Of a DNA stretch of 64,000 nucleotides, positions 23,620-33,191 are shown in pieces. Origin of the DNA: Nitrospinales bacterium (GTDB taxonomy: Bacteria > Nitrospinota > Nitrospinia > Nitrospinales > VA-1). The notes under the pieces were generated by a model. That model worked only from the letters and a program-made list of their open reading frames with translations. It ran no database searches and was not told where the DNA came from. A program made the translations under genes and the position numbers. The DNA lies in contig OZ253496.1 in NCBI GenBank assembly GCA_965262115.1, positions 576,001-640,000 on the forward strand, read 5' to 3'. The first letter of the stretch is position 1. Every line of letters starts with the position of its first letter.

Positions 23620-24087
23620 TTAATGGCAACTACCCATACCCCTTTTCCCTAGGTATTTTTGGTGGTAATCTTCCGCGATGTAATATTCCGGAGCCAGGGT
23701 GATTTCCGTAACGATGGCTGACCCGAAGCGCCCGGATTGATCGGCCTTCTCTTTGGATGCTTTGGCCGATGCTTCCTGTTCCGGTGAATGATAAAAAATA
23801 GCCGAACGGTATTGAGTGCCTCTGTCCGGTCCCTGCCTATTTAAAGTCGTCGGATCATGACACCCCCAAAACACATCGAGCAGTGCGTCAAAAGAAACAC
23901 TGGACGGGTCATACTCCACTTGCACCACTTCGGCGTGCATGGTCTGCCCGGTGCAAACATCTTCATAGGTGGGCTTCAAAGTTGTCCCACCGGTATAGCC
24001 CACCGAAGTAGCTTTAACGCCTTTGGTTTTTTGAAAAGCAAGTTCCACTCCCCAAAAACATCCGGCACCAAAAGTAGCAACTGCCAT
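23620..24087 (-). CDS. msrA: Peptide-methionine (S)-S-oxide reductase
   Basis: GCFWG, RQGPDRGTQYRS, AEDYHQKY. Confidence 0.97.
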   Translation of the reverse strand: MAVATFGAGCFWGVELAFQKTKGVKATSVGYTGGTTLKPTYEDVCTGQTMHAEVVQVEYDPSSVSFDALLDVFWGCHDPTTLNRQGPDRGTQYRSAIFYHSPEQEASAKASKEKADQSGRFGSAIVTEITLAPEYYIAEDYHQKYLGKRGMGSCH

Positions 24088-24096
24088 ATCGTCCTC

Positions 24097-24375
24097 CTAA
24101 ATGCGGCTGGTGATTTCGATCAGGTGATACCCGAACGAAGTTTGAACGGGACCATGCACGGCTCCCACTTCTTCATTGAACACAACCGTGTCAAATTCCG
24201 TAACCATCTGGCCGGGACCGAAGGAACCGAGGCTGCCGCCCTCTTTTCCGGAAGGACATTCGGAATGCTCCTTAGCCATTTCGCCAAAGTCTGCTCCTTC
24301 CTCAATTTTCTTTTTCAAATCCTTACAGACTTCCTCAGATTTGACCAATATATGTCGAGATGTTGCCTGGGTCAT
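24097..24375 (-). CDS. ppiC: Parvulin-type peptidyl-prolyl isomerase
   Basis: RHILV, HSECPS..GGSLG, GPVQTSFGYHLI; 92 aa. Confidence 0.93.
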   Translation of the reverse strand: MTQATSRHILVKSEEVCKDLKKKIEEGADFGEMAKEHSECPSGKEGGSLGSFGPGQMVTEFDTVVFNEEVGAVHGPVQTSFGYHLIEITSRI

Positions 24376-24388
24376 AAAAACATCCTTT

Positions 24389-25204
24389 CTATTTTTGATT
24401 ATAAATTCTGTAATAATAGCCCAACAAAATCAGGACCATAAACGCTAAAGCTGTAAAATGCTGCATGTATTTCGCGGAATACCAAGTGGGAGAGAAACGC
24501 ACCGTGCCGTTAATCTCCCCGGAATAATGCTTCAACATTTCTCCGTATTCTATCATCAAGCGGACGGGAAAACGATCCTGTCCCTGATCTCCCCGCCGAA
24601 AAACACGGACTTCAAAATTCTTTTCTTCACCTCCGTACAGGGTAAAACCCATCGTTCCCGAAAAATCCTCGGTTTCTATGCCGGGAGGCAGTAAAAGCAT
24701 CATTCTTATATTTTTAAGCGATTGAGAACGGTTCTGAAGAAACACCTTCAAGATGGAGGAGTCCGAATCGGTCGCCGATTCCATACTTCCCTCCACTTTG
24801 GGCACCACAGGCTCCTTGAAAAAAAAGGAGTCTGTGGCCAGAACCGATTGTCGGGTCCCGCTATTCGGATGCGTCCAATATTCCACCATGGCAGTCAGGG
24901 GATACCGACCCACCCGCATGACAGGGGGATGTTTGTCATTTTCAAGTATGACGCTCTGCCCCGGATCCAGACGCATGATCTTCGACATCATTGACATCGA
25001 GTGGTGGAAATGGAACATCGGGTGGATATGATAAACCGGTTGGGAACCGGCATTCTTCAGAGTCAACGCCAGCTTTACGTTTCCGGCATCATCAACCTGA
25101 CTCTGAATGGAAACCTCCAGCGGCTGTGCATGGGCATATCTAATCGGCATCACCCCAGCTAAAACAGCAAGAAGGATTATCGAAAGCTTTAGATAATAGG
25201 CCAT
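24389..25204 (-). CDS. Exported hypothetical protein with C-terminal membrane anchor
   Basis: Signal peptide (..AHA|Q) from ATG 25204, beta-rich body, C-terminal TM. Confidence 0.7.
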   Translation of the reverse strand: MAYYLKLSIILLAVLAGVMPIRYAHAQPLEVSIQSQVDDAGNVKLALTLKNAGSQPVYHIHPMFHFHHSMSMMSKIMRLDPGQSVILENDKHPPVMRVGRYPLTAMVEYWTHPNSGTRQSVLATDSFFFKEPVVPKVEGSMESATDSDSSILKVFLQNRSQSLKNIRMMLLLPPGIETEDFSGTMGFTLYGGEEKNFEVRVFRRGDQGQDRFPVRLMIEYGEMLKHYSGEINGTVRFSPTWYSAKYMQHFTALAFMVLILLGYYYRIYNQK

Positions 25205-25306
25205 GGAATCTATTTTAGCATCGCAAGGACTCAATATAAACTCGGACTTAGCCTGCAAATATTGTTATCATCAGGATAACCGTCGAATAACATCAGGAGA
25301 ACTCTT

Positions 25307-26053
25307 ATGGATTTTCTATTGATCCCGTTAGTATTGCTCGCCCTGCTGGTTTTCAGCATGTTCAAGGTTTTGCGTGAATACGAAAGAGGAGTGATTTTTC
25401 TGTTCGGAAGATTCTGGAAAGTCAAAGGTCCGGGAATCATCATTGTCGTGCCTGGAGTCCAGAAAATGGTCAAGGTCAGCTTGCGCACCGTGGTCATGGA
25501 TGTTCCGCCTCAGGACATCATCACCAAGGACAATGTGACGGTAAAGGTCAACGCGGTGATTTATTTCCGTGTTGTCGATCCCCAAAAAGCCATTATCGAA
25601 GTAGAAGATTTTCTTTACGCAACTTCCCAACTCTCTCAAACGACTTTGCGAAGTATTTTGGGCCAGAGCTCGCTGGATGATCTGTTGTCCAATCGGGAAG
25701 AGATCAACGCCCATCTGCAACAAGTCATTGATGAGCAAACCGAGCCATGGGGAGTTAAAGTCGCCAATGTAGAAGTCAAAAATGTCGACCTGCCGCAAGA
25801 GATGCAACGTGCCCTGGCGAAACAGGCAGAAGCCGAGCGCGAGAGGCGGGCTAAAGTCATCAACGCCCAGGGTGAGTTTGAAGCGGCGCAGAAAACCTGT
25901 GATGCCGCAGACCTGATCGGCGCGCACCCCCCTGCCCTACAATTGCGCTTTTTTCAGACTTTGCTGGATCTTTCTTCAAATGAGGGGACGCATACTTATC
26001 TCCCCATTCCGCTTGAGCTGTTCGATTCCCTGCGCAATAAAGGGAAAGAGTGA
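25307..26053 (+). CDS. SPFH/slipin (stomatin-like) protein
   Basis: [35 protein letters not shown]. Confidence 0.95.
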   Translation: MDFLLIPLVLLALLVFSMFKVLREYERGVIFLFGRFWKVKGPGIIIVVPGVQKMVKVSLRTVVMDVPPQDIITKDNVTVKVNAVIYFRVVDPQKAIIEVEDFLYATSQLSQTTLRSILGQSSLDDLLSNREEINAHLQQVIDEQTEPWGVKVANVEVKNVDLPQEMQRALAKQAEAERERRAKVINAQGEFEAAQKTCDAADLIGAHPPALQLRFFQTLLDLSSNEGTHTYLPIPLELFDSLRNKGKE

Positions 26054-26628
26054 CAATAAAGCTTGAAGGAAACTGGGATAAAGGCTTTGCCTATGATGTC
26101 CACACGCTTGATAGCGTTTACTTAGGACCTGATCAATTTGGGCACGATCAATTTAAGAATACCCGAAGTGAAATGGGCAAATTGGTCTTTAGGCTTAAAT
26201 ATAAAAACGATAAATCCACCACCAATAAAATTGTTGATTTACTTGGCAAATACAAAGGTATTGAAAAATTTGATGCCATAATCCCCTCTACTTCCTCAAA
26301 GAAAGACAGGCCATACCAACCCGTTGATGAAATTGCCCTTGAGTTAGGAAAACGAATGGGTGTTAATGTCTTAATTGGGTTTCTTGAAAAAAGTGACGAA
26401 AGCAAAGAACTTAAGGATATTACAGGCGTGGATGAGCGCATTCAGGAGCTTAAAAAGGTCACCTTCATTTCTTCCGAAAAAGATATTTCTGGCCAAAAAG
26501 TGCTATTATTAGATGATTTGTTTAGATCGGGAGCCACCCTGTCGGTATCGACCGACCTACTATACAAACAAGCCAAAGTAAGTAACGTGAGTGTCCTTAC
26601 AATGACGAAAACCAAGAGCAACCGATGA
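26050..26628 (+). CDS. ComF-like phosphoribosyltransferase-domain protein
   Basis: [23 protein letters not shown]-binding loop [17 protein letters not shown] start overlaps the upstream stop. Confidence 0.85.
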   Translation: MTIKLEGNWDKGFAYDVHTLDSVYLGPDQFGHDQFKNTRSEMGKLVFRLKYKNDKSTTNKIVDLLGKYKGIEKFDAIIPSTSSKKDRPYQPVDEIALELGKRMGVNVLIGFLEKSDESKELKDITGVDERIQELKKVTFISSEKDISGQKVLLLDDLFRSGATLSVSTDLLYKQAKVSNVSVLTMTKTKSNR

Positions 26629-27188
26629 CAACGGTATTTTTATCGGGTTCGCGGCAGTTGAACCGACTAAATGACACGATAAAAGCTCGGATCAATAATA
26701 TGGTCGAGCAAAGTTTCCTCGTTCTTTTGGGTGACGCAAACGGCGCGGACAAAGCAATGCAGCAATACCTCGCCGATACTCATTACTCGAATGTTAAGGT
26801 TTTTTGTTCAGGGGAAACTTGCCGGAACAATATTGGCGATTGGGCTGTCACGCAGGTCTCCGTAGGTAGCAAGCTGAAAGGGCGCGATTTCTATACTGCG
26901 AAAGACAAAAAAATGTCCTCAAAAGCAGATTACGGACTTGTTTTATGGGATGGCAAAAGTGCAGGCGCAATCAACAATGTATTTGAGCTTCTAAAACATG
27001 GCAAACAAGTTGTTGTATATTTCTCGCCTGAAAAAGAGTTTCACAATATTTCGCATCTGAATGATGCAAAAGCTTTGCTTAAAAAATGCGACCCTACCAC
27101 CCTTAACTTAATTAGCAAAAAAATCCGGTTGCCTAGCGCTATTGCGGACATCCAAAATGCCGCACAGGGAAACCTGACACTATCTTAA
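26625..27188 (+). CDS. SLOG-superfamily (DprA/Smf-related) protein
   Basis: VFLSGSR, GDANGAD, KDKKM...ADYGLVLWDGKSAG; ATGA overlap with the PRTase gene. Confidence 0.7.
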   Translation: MTTVFLSGSRQLNRLNDTIKARINNMVEQSFLVLLGDANGADKAMQQYLADTHYSNVKVFCSGETCRNNIGDWAVTQVSVGSKLKGRDFYTAKDKKMSSKADYGLVLWDGKSAGAINNVFELLKHGKQVVVYFSPEKEFHNISHLNDAKALLKKCDPTTLNLISKKIRLPSAIADIQNAAQGNLTLS

Positions 27189-27245
27189 TTTGGGTTAGTT
27201 GCGGTAGCAACCATTTACATGTGCAGTCGACCCCTCGGCTAAAGC

Positions 27246-27551
27246 CTATTTACCATTAAAACGGGTATTGATATATACTGCGACCCCCTCAATGGGAACC
27301 TCTACCGAGGAGTTACCGCTTCTAACATAGAACTTTTTCGATTTAACCCCGCCCTTATCCGCAACCTCCAAATACTGCGGCTCCAGTCCTTTTTTAATCT
27401 GTATGTGACAAATTTCATTTTCATCGACTTCGGGAAAACTAACAGTAATATTATTAGTAGCAAAGTTTACCCCAAAACTTGTCTTTATCAAATCCCTTAG
27501 GTGAAGTTCAAACTCGTCCTTGCTCCCATCCAAACTAGCATAGTCATAGTC
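27246..27551 (-). pseudogene. 3' remnant of a Schlafen/AlbA_2-domain gene truncated by IS3
   Basis: DEFELHLR...FYVRSGNSS...YINTRF; the frame stays open up to the IS end with no start of its own. Confidence 0.7.
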
Positions 27552-27616
27552 TGATCTTCCCCTGAATTGGTGGACACATAGAAAAGTGTGGATAATACAC
27601 TTTTGGAGGTGTTTTT

Positions 27617-27951
27617 ATGGGAACCAAACGCAGGAGTTTCAGTAAAGAATTCAAGTTAGAAGCGGTTCGATTGGTTATTGAAGTAGGCGATAGCATTGCC
27701 CGGGTGTCCCGGGATCTGGGAATCCGTTCTGCCCTTCTGGGTCGCTGGAAACAGGAGTATGAGGAGGATCAGGGGAATGCGTTTCCCGGCAAAGGACAGC
27801 TTAAGCCGGGAGATGAGTTGCAGCAGTTGCGGCGAGAAAACGCTCGCCTTCGTATGGAGCGGGACATATTAAAAAAGGCGGCAGTTATCTTTGTGATGTC
27901 CTCTTCATTTGTCTTCATGCCACGAAGGGGTACTCGAAGGGTTCCCAATGA
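27617..27951 (+). pseudogene. IS3 OrfA, disrupted near its end by a 41-bp insert
   Basis: FSKEFKLEAV...ERDILKKA; removing 27893-27933 restores ...IFSKGSQ* with an ATGA overlap to orfB. Confidence 0.8.
27893..27933 (+). repeat. Dispersed ~41-bp element, copy 2 (inside IS3)
   Basis: gtgatgtcctcttcatttgtcttcatgccacgaaggggtac. Confidence 0.8.
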
Positions 27952-28811
27952 GATATCGGTTTATACGGGATCATCGAGAAGCATTTCCGGTAAGCCCGAT
28001 GTGCCGGGTTCTGGAAGTGGGACGAAGTGGGTTCTATGCCTGGCTGAGCCGCCCCGAGAGCCTGAGGAGCCGTGAGAAGCAGCGATGGGTTGATGAGATC
28101 AAAACCGTTTATAAGAAGAGTCGCCAGACTTATGGCAGTCCCAGAATTCATGAGGACTTGAAAGACAAGGGATATGCCATTGGCAGGCATCGTATTGCCT
28201 GTCTTATGCGCGAGCATGGAATCGTTGCCAAGCACAAAAGAAAGTTCAGGGTGACAACCGATTCCAAACATAATCACCCGGTGGCAAAAAACAAACTGCA
28301 ACGGCGGTTTAATGTTGCTGAGCCCGGTCAATGCTGGGTTTCGGATATCACCTATATCCCGACTCAAGAGGGCTGGTTATACCTTGCGGTGACGCTGGAT
28401 TTATTCCACCGTAAAGTTATTGGTTGGGCCATGGATCGTTGGATAACCCGTTGGTTGGTAATGAGAGCTTTAAATATGGCAATGAAGAACGGCGGCATGA
28501 AACCGGGATTGATTCACCATTCTGACCGGGGGGTTCAATATGCCTGCAACGATTTTCAAGCCTTGCTCAATGTTCATGGGATAGAGTGCAGTATGAGCCG
28601 GAAGGGCGATTGCTGGGATAACGCCGTGGCGGAGAGTTTTTTCCATACTCTCAAAGTGGAACTCATTCATAACCGGAACTACAAAACCCGTCAGCAAGCA
28701 AAGAAGGATATTTTTGAATATATCGAAGTGTTTTATAATCGGCAACGCCGTCACTAATATCTCGGCTATCTCAGCCCTGCCGAATTCGAGAAACAGGCCT
28801 ATGCCTCTTAA
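27948..28811 (+). pseudogene. IS3 OrfB DDE transposase with a premature TAA at 28755
   Basis: [41 protein letters not shown] continues after the stop. Confidence 0.88.
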
Positions 28812-28842
28812 CTAACTGTCCACTAAAACAGGGGAAGATCAC

Positions 28843-29178
28843 TCATATTTATATGAACTAAAAGAATTAGGGGAGTTAAACAATAATGGTATTCCTCGAA
28901 TGATTAAAGGATATTTCCTGGAGATGGCTTGTGTTATCTATGAAATGAATAGGATTTTGGAGCATGGGGGAAGATTTATCATGGTAAATGACAATGTAAG
29001 GTATGCGGGAATCCCTGTTTCTGTCGATTTAATTTTATCTAATTTTGCAGAGCAATGCGGTTTCGTTGTTGAGGAAATAATGGTGCTGCCAACTGGCAAA
29101 GGGAATAGTAGTCAACAAATGGGGTCCCATGGACGAACCCCTCTTCGTAAATGTGTTTATGTCTGGAGAAAAAATTAA
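28843..29178 (+). pseudogene. 3' remnant of a DNA methyltransferase (M.AvaI/M.BsoBI-like), 5' part lost at the IS3 end
   Basis: LNNNGIPRMIKGYF, VNDNVRYAG, KGNSSQQMG, RKCVYVWRK; frame open to the IS boundary. Confidence 0.8.
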
Positions 29179-30127
29179 TTGTCTCAATCTTATTTGACTC
29201 ATATTACCGAATCTAGCCAATTGGTAACAACTTATGAAGAGACCCGAGCTGGCTTTGTACAAATGGCCCTCGAAAAAAATCGTAAAGCTATTCCGTATAT
29301 TGAGGAAGCTAGAGCATTGAAGGCAGATGTTTTAACTGCTCAAAAACCTATGGATTTAATAAATATTGAAAAAATAGCTCCAGCATTATTAACAGCCTCT
29401 GGGTTATCCGACAAAGCACTTAATCATTTACAAGAAGAAGATAAAAAAAGCGCAATTAAAGGTTTAATTGATGAATTCTTAGAACCAGCGGGAGATAATT
29501 TTGTAGATGAACTTATATATAGGTTTCTATTAATAAAAGGTGATAGCCTGGGCGGAAGAATGAGAAACTTGGCTGGAGCAATTGCCGAAACTAAACTAAA
29601 ACGAGCCATAATTGCTTCGTTTAATCTTTATAATATTAGTTTTAAAGCACTTCATGCGCCTTCAAAAAAATGGATCTCTGGGGAAAAAGCTTGCTGATGA
29701 TGTTGATAGCATATCTGGTTTTTCATGGAAAATTGACGATAAAGATAGGATTCTAGTTTTTAATAAGACCGTTCCGTTAGTTCGAAATAATATTGATGTT
29801 TGCATCTTAGAATCAACACCGAAGTCAATCAACAAAGACTTCAAAAATCCGAAAAAATATATCATGTTGGGAGAATTAAAAGGTGGTATTGATCCTGCTG
29901 GTGCAGATGAGCATTGGAAAACAGCAAGAACAGCTATCACAAGGATATCTGATTCGTTTAAAAAACAAGATTTTTCACCCAAAACTTTTTTTATTGGTGC
30001 TGCTATAGAAAATAGAATGGCAGAGGAAATATGGGGCCTTTTGGAAAATAAACAATTAACCAATGCGGGAAACCTAACTGATTCTAATCATGTTGCCTCT
30101 ATTTGCAATTGGATGGCTATGGTTTAG
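29179..30127 (+). pseudogene. Type II restriction endonuclease, AvaI/BsoBI family, frameshifted at ~29680-29688
   Basis: TTYEETRAGF..ALEKN, GDSLGGRMRN, GELKGGIDPAGADEHWKTA; split across two frames at ggggaaaaa. Confidence 0.88.
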
Positions 30128-30135
30128 GATCTAAT

Positions 30136-30161
30136 AAATTTAGGATCATGACCCTAAATTT
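30136..30161. terminator. AT-rich inverted repeat after the endonuclease gene
   Basis: aaatttagg-atcatgac-cctaaattt. Confidence 0.4.
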
Positions 30162-30247
30162 AAAATCGTTTTTAAAATCTAATTTTTTAACTAATTGAAA
30201 TAAAAAAATGCGCTCTAATAAACCCAGAGGCTACAGTTTGAATGACT

Positions 30248-30976
30248 TGGACTGGTAACGAAAAGCGTTTACAAGTTTAGCTTTTTCAAAGAGGAAGAGC
30301 CATGGTTTCTCGGTTAAGACAAGTTTGCCAGGAACTTGTTTAACTTAAAGGAGAGACCAATGACTCAAGACCAATACGTTATCAGAAGAAAGCTGAATAT
30401 CCTGGAACTCGGTGAGACGCTGGGCAATATATCGGAAGCATGCCGGGTGTGTCCCGGCAACATCATTACGACATTAAGTCTGCTGTCGAGGAAGACGGTG
30501 TGGAGGGGCTCATCGAAAAGTCCCGGAAGGTTCCACGGATAGGTAATAGAGTGGCCCCGGAAATTGAGCAGAGGGTTTTAGATTACGCGCTGGAGTTTCC
30601 CACCCTGGCCAGGACACCTGTTATATCGGATACATTGACGAAAGTGCGGCACCCGCAAACTAACGGATCGGTCGAACGGCTGAACCAGATCGTTCAAAAC
30701 GAGTTCTATAAAGTCGCCTTCCGCAAAAAGATATACAAATCCATTGAGGAAATCCAGGCCGACCTTGATATTTTCATGGATGACTACAATAACGTGAGAA
30801 CCAATCAGGGGAAACATTGTCAAGGCAGAACGCCCAGGCATACCTTCCACGATGGAAGGACTCTTTATCAACAATACGTTTTTGAAAACTCGGAGGAGGA
30901 AAATCAAGCCGCTTAAAATCGTGTAGAATGTTCTTGGCCGGGAGACCGACTGTCAACGCAAATCGTTACTACCGCA
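30248..30976 (+). mobile_element. IS481-family remnant with internal deletions
   Basis: Imperfect IRs tggactggtaacgaaaagcgtttaca / tgtcaacgcaaatcgttactaccgca; fragments LGNISEAC, GQDTCYIGYI, HPQTNGSVER, GRTP. Confidence 0.85.
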
Positions 30977-30985
30977 GTTAATCCC

Positions 30986-31429
30986 TTAAAAGGTGTCTCG
31001 ACTAACCCCTCGGTCACGCCCTCTTCCACCTGGAGTGCGGCCCAAGGAGGTGGTGAAGACATCTCCCTGCTGAACCAGACCGTCATGCTTGGTCCGAATG
31101 GTTCCAATGCGGTTTTCTCTGATCTCTTTCGCCGCTTCTTCAATCAGGTCCTCTTCTTTTTTAGCGGCTTTCTTTACCTCTTTATTGGGCTCAGTGGCCC
31201 CTTTATCCTCGGTGCTTTCGCTTGTCCCTTCTGCAGCTACGGGTGCCTCAGCGGCTTCAGTAGCGGACTCTGTTTCCAGTTCTTCGGCTTCGGCCTCTTT
31301 CATGGAGCTTTTAAAGTTTTTGATACTTCTTCCAAATGCCGAACCAATCTCCGGGAGCTTTCCGGCTCCAAAAATGATCATGATAATGACCATGATTACC
31401 ATTAACTCTGGAAAACCTATTCCCATCAT
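30986..31429 (-). CDS. tatA: Twin-arginine translocase TatA/TatE family subunit with a long C-terminal tail
   Basis: GIGFPEL...[22 protein letters not shown]. Confidence 0.9.
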   Translation of the reverse strand: MMGIGFPELMVIMVIIMIIFGAGKLPEIGSAFGRSIKNFKSSMKEAEAEELETESATEAAEAPVAAEGTSESTEDKGATEPNKEVKKAAKKEEDLIEEAAKEIRENRIGTIRTKHDGLVQQGDVFTTSLGRTPGGRGRDRGVSRDTF

Positions 31430-31578
31430 AAGCTTTTTCTCCTTTTGGCTGATCTAACTTGGAAACCAGTCTAGCAAAATAACCGCTGAATTGACAGGAA
31501 TTTAGTACCCCTGCACTAATCCTGCTTCTTATCTAAATACCCGTCTTTAAAAACTCACCCTAACCTTAAAAACAAAAT

Positions 31579-31603
31579 GGGAACCCGGAAATACCGGGTT
31601 CCC
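31579..31603 (-). terminator. Intrinsic terminator
   Basis: gggaacccgg-aaata-ccgggttccc, with an A-rich flank giving a U tail on the minus strand. Confidence 0.75.
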
Positions 31604-31633
31604 GAATCGAAAGTACTTCAAGCTGCCTTACAG

Positions 31634-31990
31634 CTAGCGCAAATGCCCATTTAAAATGGGAGAATCGAGAATGGCTTTATTTCCCTTGGCGTGTTTTTTT
31701 GCTGCTTTAAAATGCATGGTCGCCGCACCATGATCACCCAGTTTATCCAAAGATACCGCTTCATTAAAATGTGTTTCCGCTAGAGAACCATCTTCCGCAC
31801 TGGCTTCCTGGAAATGTTTCAACGCTCCCTTAATATTGCCTTCATTCCAATTCTTAATTCCAGCTTTGTTGTGCATATCAGCACCTGGATTAGATCCGGC
31901 CGGAAGCGACATAGGCCCTTCAGCGGCAAAAGCTGTGAGAGGCGCAGAAATCAGAAACAAGGCAAATACAACTGAAAATATAGTTCGCAT
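31634..31990 (-). CDS. Secreted TPR-like protein
   Basis: Signal peptide (AFA|A); TPR-like ALKHFQEA...AETHFNEAVSL. Confidence 0.75.
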   Translation of the reverse strand: MRTIFSVVFALFLISAPLTAFAAEGPMSLPAGSNPGADMHNKAGIKNWNEGNIKGALKHFQEASAEDGSLAETHFNEAVSLDKLGDHGAATMHFKAAKKHAKGNKAILDSPILNGHLR

Positions 31991-32107
31991 ATCAAAACTC
32001 CCTTAATTTTAAGTTTCCAATCACTTCAAAAAATACTGAGTCAGGTATAACTTAATTTAGCACATTTATCGATCCGAATTAAATCGCATAATTTATTATT
32101 GTTATAT

Positions 32108-32136
32108 TTGACACGACCGGTCAATAATCTTATGAT
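32108..32136 (+). promoter_or_regulatory. Sigma70-type promoter overlapped by an inverted repeat
   Basis: TTGACA-17 nt-TATGAT; TTGAC-N7-GTCAA palindrome. Confidence 0.6.
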
Positions 32137-32190
32137 AAACTGATTATAGTAAAGCATTGTATTTAATGATTTTTTTCGCCTGAATTTTTT

Positions 32191-32685
32191 ATGTCCGAAG
32201 AACAAATTATTGATTTAAACAAGCTGGTTTCTGACAAAATGGAAAGAGTGGTTGCAGATGTCAACCTAGCCTTGGAAAACAAAAAACTGGGCGATGATGA
32301 AATCATTCGCCTGGCAGAAATGGAAATTCTAGCCGAAGTGACCCATCTGGACCTTGGGGAAAACAATATCAGCGACAAAGGCTTAGCAGTGCTTTGCCAA
32401 TCCCCTTACACAAAAAACCTGAAATCACTAAATTTGAAATCCAATAATATAACGGAAGCGGGAGCCCAGTCTTTAGCCCAGGCCGACAATCTGGTCAAAC
32501 TGGAACAATTAATTTTAAAATTCAACCGCATAGGCGAACAGGGTGCACAATACCTGGCTAAATCAGAAACCCTTGTAAACCTGACCACATTGGACCTTTT
32601 TCGCAACCGGATTGGAGAAGTTGGTTCCAAAGCCATCAAATCCTCAAAAAATTTTAGGCGAGTGAGCCGTCTCAGGCTTGACTGA
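32191..32685 (+). CDS. Leucine-rich repeat protein (RI-like)
   Basis: Repeats LDLGENNISDKG, LNLKSNNITEAG, LILKFNRIGEQG, LDLFRNRIGEVG at 28-aa spacing. Confidence 0.88.
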   Translation: MSEEQIIDLNKLVSDKMERVVADVNLALENKKLGDDEIIRLAEMEILAEVTHLDLGENNISDKGLAVLCQSPYTKNLKSLNLKSNNITEAGAQSLAQADNLVKLEQLILKFNRIGEQGAQYLAKSETLVNLTTLDLFRNRIGEVGSKAIKSSKNFRRVSRLRLD

Positions 32686-32693
32686 ATTATAAA

Positions 32694-33116
32694 ATGGATC
32701 TATCAAGAGCCTATCCACGCAGTCCAAAATAAAAAATGGCCGGGCTGGTGCAATTAGCACGAATGGTCGATAAAGCCCGGTCCTTTAAAGAAAACCGGAT
32801 CGCGGACTATATTTACCCCTGCCCACTCGACAAAATTATCCTCAATTTCCTGCGCATCGACTCTGACGTATTTGCCACAAAGGCCATGGATTGTGGAGAT
32901 GACGAAATCAGCAAATGGTCCAAAGAAACATTAAAAAACAAAAAAGCCGCAGAGTTCGATTTCATCAATGATCAGATTCTTGAGCGAAGACCTGACTCTG
33001 AGGATCGACTAAAATATTTTTATGAAACCCGTGACAAGATTGATCCCTCGAGAACAGACGTGAACACCTGGGTCGACCTTCTGGACCTTGAAGAAGGCCA
33101 CTTGCCACCAAAATAA
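32694..33116 (+). CDS. DUF5069-family protein with an in-frame TAA at 32730 (possible pseudogene)
   Basis: MDLSRAYPRSPK*KMAGLVQLARMVDKAR...YIYPCPLD...LDLEEG. Confidence 0.75.
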
Positions 33117-33191
33117 TTTTTTTCTACACTTTTAGCTCATGCAACGACCACCCGTTTTTACCAGCCTGTTCCCCGCTTGACGTTATAACGA

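Larger units (their letters stand above)
27552..28841 (+). mobile_element. IS3-family insertion sequence (inactivated)
   Basis: TG...CA ends; IRs tgatcttcccctgaattggtggaca / tgtccactaaaacaggggaagatca; orfA HTH and orfB DDE; no matching TSD. Confidence 0.95.
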
